Source of the DNA: Tubiluchus corallicola
Taxonomy: Eukaryota > Animalia > Priapulida
DNA length: 64,000 bases
Assembly (NCBI GenBank): GCA_030141605.1
Contig: JAQGDQ010000023.1
Coordinates: 992,001-1,056,000 of the forward strand
Direction: 5' to 3'
Shown: positions 11,570-64,000 of the stretch, in pieces
How positions within the stretch are numbered: the stretch's first letter is position 1
Layout of the letters: every line of letters starts with the position of its first letter
Translations under genes and position numbers: made by a program
Notes under the pieces: model-generated
The model's input: only the letters and a program-made list of their open reading frames with translations
Told to the model about the DNA's origin: nothing
The model's database searches: none

Positions 11570-13470
11570 AGTCACCATAGCAATGCCCATCCAGTGTAGA
11601 TATACAGTATAATATATATAATAGACATACAGTATCATCCAGTGACAATGTTTGGCCCTGATTTAGAAATTGGCACCCTGTTATATGTGGATGACGTGTT
11701 ATCAGTAGGGACTACAGAAACAATGATTAAAGCAGCAGAGAATTTTAGGGAGATAGAACTCAAAAAATGATGACCTTCAACTTACATGACAACTAATATG
11801 ACAAAAAAGAGAAACAGTAAAGACCTAATATTGAATGTAAAAAAATGGCCAAATTACACGAACTCATGAATATAAATACTCGGGAGACTGGTTTAATAGC
11901 AAAAATAATTATCAGCTTATGTTTGAAAAAAGAAAAGATAAAATGAAATTTATGATTTTAGAAATAATGAAAATTGGTAATAATAAATTGGTTTGGAACT
12001 ACTGTTACAGCTGTTCGGCTAATGCTGTACGAAAACACAGTAATACCATCAATAATCAATAATGCTGAGACTTGGACCAATTTCACCAAATCAGAAATAG
12101 ATAAATTAGAAAGTAAACAAAAAGAAGCACTAGCAAAAATTTTAAAAAGATTCAAAAAGATAGTACGCCATATTGGGGCATGTTAAGTGAAACAAAAATC
12201 TGGCCAATGATTTGTATCGTAGATTATAAAAATTAACGTATTATCATCTATTAATGAACTCAAGTGATGAAAGAATGGCAAAATAAGTTCTAAAAATCAG
12301 GGGCGGAACTAGATGTGGCAAGCAGGGGGGGGGCGCAAAAATTTTCTGGGAGGGCGAGGTATCCGAAGTGGTTAAATAATGGTTAAGCCAATTTTTAACC
12401 CCTTTTATACTGCATGCAGGCCTATAATTAGCATGTGTGTAGCGGACAGAGCACTAATGAGAAAATTAACTCTCAGTTAACATAACGTTATTAATGTGCC
12501 TCTAACTAAATTGTTATTTACAGAAATTTATCACACACAAGTTTTAAGAAAATAATACGCAGGAAATAATGTCAAAATGAAATGTGGAACGACACTCCTT
12601 GGACAAAAAAGTCTAAAGTTTTCAAAAAGTCTCAAATTTCAGCATGATACCGCTGCTACACCAGCATCCTATAGCTGTGCACACAGACCTGTTGGCCCGT
12701 GTGCAGAGCCTGTGACTGTGTGTGGTCCCTGTAGGCCTACACTGTGATAGGCACCTCTATGCACACTGAGTTTTGTCTGCACGTACACTGAAGCTACCAA
12801 ACATTTTTTACCTAATTCTAATTCATATTGAAAATGATTACATGCGAACTGCAATTTTCACTGCAAAAAAATTATTTATCCGATTTTGCAGGGGGGGCGA
12901 ATTTTCACAGGGGGGCGCGTGCCCCCTCGCTCCCCCCTAGTTCCGCCCCTGCTAAAAATGCAAATTAATAGTAACTTTAATAATGTTGGTATTCAGAAAT
13001 GAAACACATCATGAATGAATATAATATTGATATACATACAGTGCATATAAATGTAATAACCAAATCTAGATGGAAATGGTATGTAAAGAATGAAATTCAA
13101 TTATTTATAGAAAGAGAGCTTAAAACTAAAATAGATACTATAACAAAATTAAGATTTTTAAAAAACAGAACTTTCCAAAGACAAATGTAGGTTAGACGAA
13201 ATGAAAGATATTATGTCAATTTGACTTAGTATGATAGATGTTAAAGTAAATTTCAAAAATCTGTATAAAGAGGATCTTAAATGTTCTCTATGTCAGGTAG
13301 CAGAGGATACTACCGAGCATCTTTTTGAATGTAAGGCTGTGTATATCAACAAGTTGGGCCTATCTGCGAAAGATATAAGTGAATGGAACATAAATAAATT
13401 ACTACTGACTAGGATGTATGTTAACGAGCTGTTGAAACAAAAAGTATATTTAAAGACGAGTGAATAGTAA
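11570..13470 (+). mobile_element. Decayed 5'-truncated LINE (RT 3' half plus C-terminal CCHC knuckle), interrupted by a hAT MITE
   Basis: LLYVDDV, EYKYLGD, NNAETW and CSLCQVAEDTTEHLFEC remnants. Confidence 0.8.
12298..12951. mobile_element. hAT-type MITE (654 bp)
   Basis: Perfect 15-bp TIR CAGGGGCGGAACTAG; perfect 8-bp TSD CTAAAAAT (12290-12297 and 12952-12959). Confidence 0.93.
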
Positions 13471-16400
13471 AAGCAAATTGACGCCAAAGATATTTGGTGC
13501 GATTTGTAAATCAAATTGATCGTGTTGTTGCTCTCGCAAACAGACACTTTTTATTGATGTCTGTTTACTCGCCACCGGTGGTGAAGAGGTTCGAGCGTAT
13601 CCACGGTAGTGTGATGTTATAAGCTACAGCAAGACAGTGAACATAGCAGCTGCATGTGGCAAATACCATGGCAACCTATTGTTCCAGCTAAGCTGTGACC
13701 TGCTGCTGCGTGAAATTTTACACAATTTTTTTACAGATATTAGCGCACAAAAAGTTTGTCCTACATTTGCATAAATAACATATCCGATTGGATATTTCCG
13801 ATTCGACAGTGAAGATGTTGATTGTTTTTGTTTAAGTACGCGAATATTTGAAGATGGCTGTTTTTGTTTAAGTAAGCGAATAATTTAATTACTTGAGAAA
13901 AATCCGCCAGTACCCTCTGAAAAACGCTTCACTACTGAACAAAACAGCATAAAACAGTTACGAAATTTACCAATAACGCACAAAACGCAAAAACGATCTT
14001 GACACAAAAGTGTGATCATTAAAGGGCTTAAGAACCGCTCTTACTAGATCCGTTGGCTCTTTTTACCTGCAACTACTCATTGCAACAAAATTAATGAATA
14101 TTGTGTAAAAAGTGAAATTTCTCAGCAAGTTAATCAGACAAGATAATGAAAGTTGTAATTGCACTATTTGCAGTCGCATGAGATCACTGAACTAGGGCAA
14201 ATGTGATATATGTGTGAAATTTGAACATCTGCAGATCCGCAAGATTTATGTAGGGAGCTGGGAGTTATAATCACTGATCTTTACTAAATCACTAGCCAGA
14301 CCCTGCAAACGAATTCTGCTTGCAAACCTTAAACGAAAACTCACACCACACGATGTACATACATCGCCCCACCATAGCATACCTATCACACACACACACG
14401 CACACCACAAGCCGTAACTGTCATGAAAAAAACAAAAAAAGTTGTATTGAAATTGGGTAAACTTTTTGTGCAAACCACTGTAAGTTTTACCTCACATAAT
14501 TTTTTCATTGGTTTTAATGGGAGGTAAATAGAATCTAATCTATAGATATGACTATAACATAGCATGATCAATTTTGTGAAAGGCTTTTAGACCACAGATA
14601 CAAACTAGGCACCATGTATTCTTATAATTTTTTATTATTATTATTAATATTTACAATGTACTCATAGCATGCAAAGAGAAATACAATAAAAATTAACAAT
14701 AAAGTAGAGACAATTAATACAATAATCAGAATACAATTCCACATACAGTTAAGTACCGTTGTATACAAGGGTTTCAAACTGCTATACGTGTCCTGTCGTG
14801 CCTTTTTCACTTCAATTTGTGTTAACTATCATATATCAGATACAATTTATTTTCTAATTTAGCCAGTGAAGCATGTCATACACAAAAAAATTTGAAATTG
14901 TCCTAACAAGCTAAATGTTGACGATGTTCGACATAATTAGTAATTAAACACTGAAGTTTGCAATATAGAAACATTAATAATAGCTAATTGTTGGTTAGGT
15001 AGTTGCTGGAAGAGTTACAGTAATATTTAAGTTACATAAACACAAGTAGTTAATATAGATTGTTTTAGAAGGAATTGTAATAAGGTCCAAAATTAATTAT
15101 TCAGCTTTATATAAAAGATTGATTATATTAACTTTTGTGCAACTGAATCTTATGCTTTCATCTGCCCCAAATTGATTAGCTTCATAAATCCATTTAAAGA
15201 CCCTGCCGTCATCTATCGTTTCAATATTATAAACCATGACATATAAACACTTAGACTAGAATATAATGACTGTTGCTCTAATATTTACAAAATTGATGTT
15301 GAACGCTTTGATATAATTATCACCTACTGTTAATTTTCATACATGTTGTCATCCCTATAAACTAAAAGTCTAAACAAATGATAACCAATATAATTAAAAA
15401 CATTAATTATCCCATTGCAATCTTATAATGTGGTGAATTTAAATAAACCTTCCAAATAAACATCAAAAAGGAGATGACATTGCACCTTGCCAAACCCCCA
15501 CCAATCTTGTCATTACATGACTTAACACCATGCAATTGGCTGTTCAGTGTTTTAGCAGTTAAGTTTTAAGCTACAAAAAATGAAACAATTTGACATGTTC
15601 TACTTAATCATACAACTTTGAACAATCTATTAATAAAAACAAAATACAAGAACTTATTCATATAATAGGGTACCAGTTATTTTAATACACATAGTTACAG
15701 CTATAACACACCCAGTAATTTACTAGTGACTGAAATCTGTTGCTGATGGCCTAAATGGGTATAACATTTGCAAGGTAGAGGTTATTTGGGACAATCAAGT
15801 TTACAATCATACAACTGCAAAGCATAATGAGATGCAGATGCAATACTATAATTCAATCAGAAAACAATCTGCAGAACCATCTGCTTTTCTTTCTAATTTT
15901 TCAGCTGAAATGGTATTGCTTGTAACTGAGGCAAGTTGCTTATAGTCACATTTGGACTTCTAACAAACGACTAAAATAAACATTTCCCAAAACTGGGAGC
16001 ATGTTTGCACTGCAGGCTGAATACGTCTAGATTAGATTGCTTTACACCTTATATATGTAGATAGCTTACTATTATTATTTCCTAATATTGTTCATTATTT
16101 AAAAAGAATAAGCATCCATCTATTTTCATGAGGCAATGACGTTTTTTGCACTGTTTAGAGTGCAGCTTTAATTGAATAAACTACAGTGGTTGACTATTTA
16201 CCCATTTACTAGCCAAATCAACAGCTATTGCCAGCAAAATAAAACCAATAGATTGATTGATACCAACAAACAGTCTGCTCATTACAAGAAAGTCGATTTA
16301 GGTAAATGGAAGCAGCTGGGGAATTGTAACAGACTTTTTGTTTATTTTTGCAACAAAAACAATTAACTCTATCAGGAAAATTTAATTATACACGTAGTCT

Positions 16401-17417
16401 CATTTTGATATATGCATTAAATCTGTATTTCACAAAATAAGTACAAATTGAATTCTAAACAATTATTCACACAAGTGTGCAAATATGCGTGTAGGATTAT
16501 AAAGACAACTGCAATAAACAATCATGCTTAAGGCGTGTTTAATGAAAAATAACAGCACGTGCATTTTTTAAATTAGTACCATTTCAGCTTTCTGCATTAC
16601 TGATGCAATTAAAAATAAATTACAGCTATAAAATTAATAATATCCAAATAATTCTTTATTTACAGGCCTTAAAGCAGGGTAGAATGTTAAGTTCAAATTA
16701 CAGCTTTTTCTTCAGTTACTTCAATCCACTATATGCGATTGATGAAAAAATTTTAGTAACAAGGTAGCAGCAAGCAAAGTTTTAGCATGACAACATAGGT
16801 ACCCAAGCTGTGTTGCTTTATTACTGCCACTAAGCGTAGCTAACTTTGCGGATTTCTAATCATTCTTACTTTTTAAATGTCCCACTGCCAGAGTTACAAT
16901 AGTAATACTAACACTAATACTAATATTAAAGCAATTATTATCATTGCAAAAATGCTTCAAAATTGCAGAAAAAATCATAGCCATTCAGTAACTTCTAACC
17001 TAGGTCAAATATAGTTTTCATTAAATTTAGGCAGAATAGTTAAAATCTTTATTGCTGTACTTGCATTAGCCAAAAAAGCCATGGCTATTAGCCAATTAAG
17101 CTATCATAACAATAATATTTATTTTAGATTAAATTCACAAAGATTACTTCTGACACAGTAGCATTTTTAATGTGTTTTCCCACGTACGCGCAAGCACAGA
17201 CATCCGAGCCATCATGCCGAAACTAATACAGTTTTTTTTTTGTTTGTACAAAGCTTTCCTGTTAAATTTAATATGGTTATCAGAAATGTCTAAACTACAT
17301 TTTGACACCCAATCACATATTTTGCCTTCAGAGCAGCTTTAAAACTCAATTGTGCCATTTTGGCAAGATTTCTACTTGCACATTACCTGCATGCAGGTAC
17401 AAAAAAGTAAAGCATTT

Positions 17418-62179
<44,762 letters not shown>

Positions 62180-62599
62180 CTGATGAACAATATAACAATA
62201 GTTTGCATTAAATTAAACACAGTATAAAATAAATGTGTAAGTTTAATATACAAGGAAAGGTATGCTAGGATAGTTTTTTGATTAGGATAACTCTTAGCAC
62301 CTCAGATTTTTTGACGTTGTGGCTGATGATTTTACCAATAAAACTGCCAGTGTTTTGCTTTGCTATTTTTGATTAATATTTCTTTGTGATATCACAAGCA
62401 GGCAACCGTTGTTGCTCAGAAAGATCAGGGGTCACGAAAAGTGTGGCGACTGGAAAAATGACGTTATTTGGATAATAAACATTTAAAACAGTAATATCCT
62501 TTCAGATCTATCTTCAGTCTATTTAAATGAGCAATACAACATTTTTAAAGTGCAAAAGTTTAAACTTACAGTACTATTTTTTTCATCTGTGTTGGTTTT

Positions 62600-63320
62600 G
62601 CATTCCTTAACATGTCAAGAATCTAAGGAATCAGTCATGTCAAGTTATTATGAACATCATGTGTAATGTAGTAGTAAATTTGGAGGTGGAAATGCAGTCC
62701 AAAAAATTTTACTTGAAGGGAATCGGAAGACGAGAAACATAGGTAGTGATTAAATGATGAAGAAAGTGACCTTCTTATGATTGCAGAATTGACCCCTCCG
62801 TCGTGTTATAGATTTCTTCACATTCTGAGACAAGCATGCGGCGGAAGTGTTGCCCTTATTAACTGTGCTACTTTCATTATTGAGAAAGTTTTTCTAAACT
62901 CTGATTACAAGACATTCGTTTTCAACTTTCATTATGATGACATGAATTGTGCAGATGCCAACAAGTACCATGATCGGTTGGAGTCAGGTTCTTGGATTCA
63001 GTACGTGACATGAATTGTGCAGATGCCAACAAGTACCATGATCGGTTGGAGTCAGGTTCTTGGATTCAGTACGTGAATAATACAACTCACATCGATACAT
63101 TACTGGTCACATTCTTTCAAGTTCAAATGACAACATTGACTGATGTTCGGGTTGAACCCCTTCATTCTGTGTCTCATCATCTGTACCTTACCATCACTGT
63201 AAATGGTTGTGTACATACTAAACGCAATTGAATTCAAGTTCGTAATATGAAATCAACAGAGCTGGAGTCATTCATTTCAGATTTACATACTGATCTAGTA
63301 AATATTAGTCGCCATGATGC
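62600..63320 (+). mobile_element. Decayed LINE AP-endonuclease fragment
   Basis: FNFHYD...Y.D.LES..WIQYV...TH and S.HH remnants. Confidence 0.55.
62938..63076. repeat. Exact 68-bp tandem duplication
   Basis: TGACATGAATTGTGCAGATGCC...CAGTACG starts at both 62938 and 63006 with no visible differences. Confidence 0.92.
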
Positions 63321-64000
63321 TACTTTGCATAGAAATTTATCTGTTAATTTGCTTACAAATTCCTCTTTTCTCTTAGTAATATACTCAGTAATCATGTTAA
63401 TTTATGTGACCATGTTGTGTCTACTCATCAGCCTGCCCCATGGACACAAACGAAGTTCTGAATGCAATGATTCAGTAAATTTTATGTCTTAGGATAGTTT
63501 TACACTAGCTGTGACTGATCATAGAAGGGTCAGTGTTCCGTGTGTTTTTTTGCCTGAATAAATGGCCTGTAAATGAGAATGGAGTAAAATTCCTTTTAGC
63601 TTGCAATCAATTACTGATTTTAACTGTTTTAAAACTAATCTAAAATATTTCTACCATAACACTTAATTTGTGAGCCTGGTGAATTTGTAAATACTTTTGT
63701 ACTTGTTCTGTGGGGTATTTAGGCCTTGTGTTTTTATGTATATTTGTGTATCATAGCACAACTGAGTAAATTGTCATTAATTATCATCATTAATGAATTA
63801 TTAATTCAAGCAGCAAAAATATGACAGAAATAGCCAAAATGGTTTATAATCAATAATCAATGATTCTAAAAAAAACACAAACTTGTTAATTTAAAGTACT
63901 TAATTTTTTACAGAATTTCAGCAATTGATATAAGACAAAGACTGAGTTAAAAACAGACAAAAAGATTCACAGAGTTCCAGAAGAATTCAAGATCAGCAAT

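Noticed and set aside
13850-14240. Possible hAT/ZMYM-like transposase remnant
   Set aside because: Only vague peptide resemblance, with no TIR or TSD; too degraded to call.
62938-63076. CRISPR-like direct repeats
   Set aside because: Head-to-tail duplication without spacers in a eukaryotic intron; no cas genes.
62180-64000. Further upstream PI4KA exon
   Set aside because: No segment translating to the expected preceding peptide with suitable splice sites was seen; it probably lies outside the window.

Overview
AT-rich, intron-rich animal (probably invertebrate) genomic DNA. The main feature is the 3' part of a phosphatidylinositol 4-kinase III alpha gene (PI4KA) on the minus strand. I traced 27 coding exons by hand from 62179 down to the stop at 17418. 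All introns are GT-AG, the phases join into one open frame of about 1190 codons, and the kinase motifs (FKVGDDVRQD, DRHNGN, DFG) are intact. A probable first coding exon of a second minus-strand gene lies at 508-621. Introns and the intergenic region hold many decayed transposons: CR1/L2-type, RTE and other LINEs, two Penelope-like fragments, four pogo/Tigger-like copies, several hAT and EnSpm-like MITEs with TIRs and TSDs, two solo LTRs, a tRNA-derived SINE and microsatellites. The most notable observations are (i) an HDV-like ribozyme fold, with an unusual hairpin inserted in L3, starting exactly at the 5' end of an RTE element, (ii) an RTE-endonuclease/CR1-L2-RT composite flanked by a 6-bp direct repeat inside a Tigger-like element, (iii) a 10-aa in-frame extension of one PI4KA exon, and (iv) a hammerhead-like core inside a solo LTR. 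All family assignments come from motif recognition and not from database searches.
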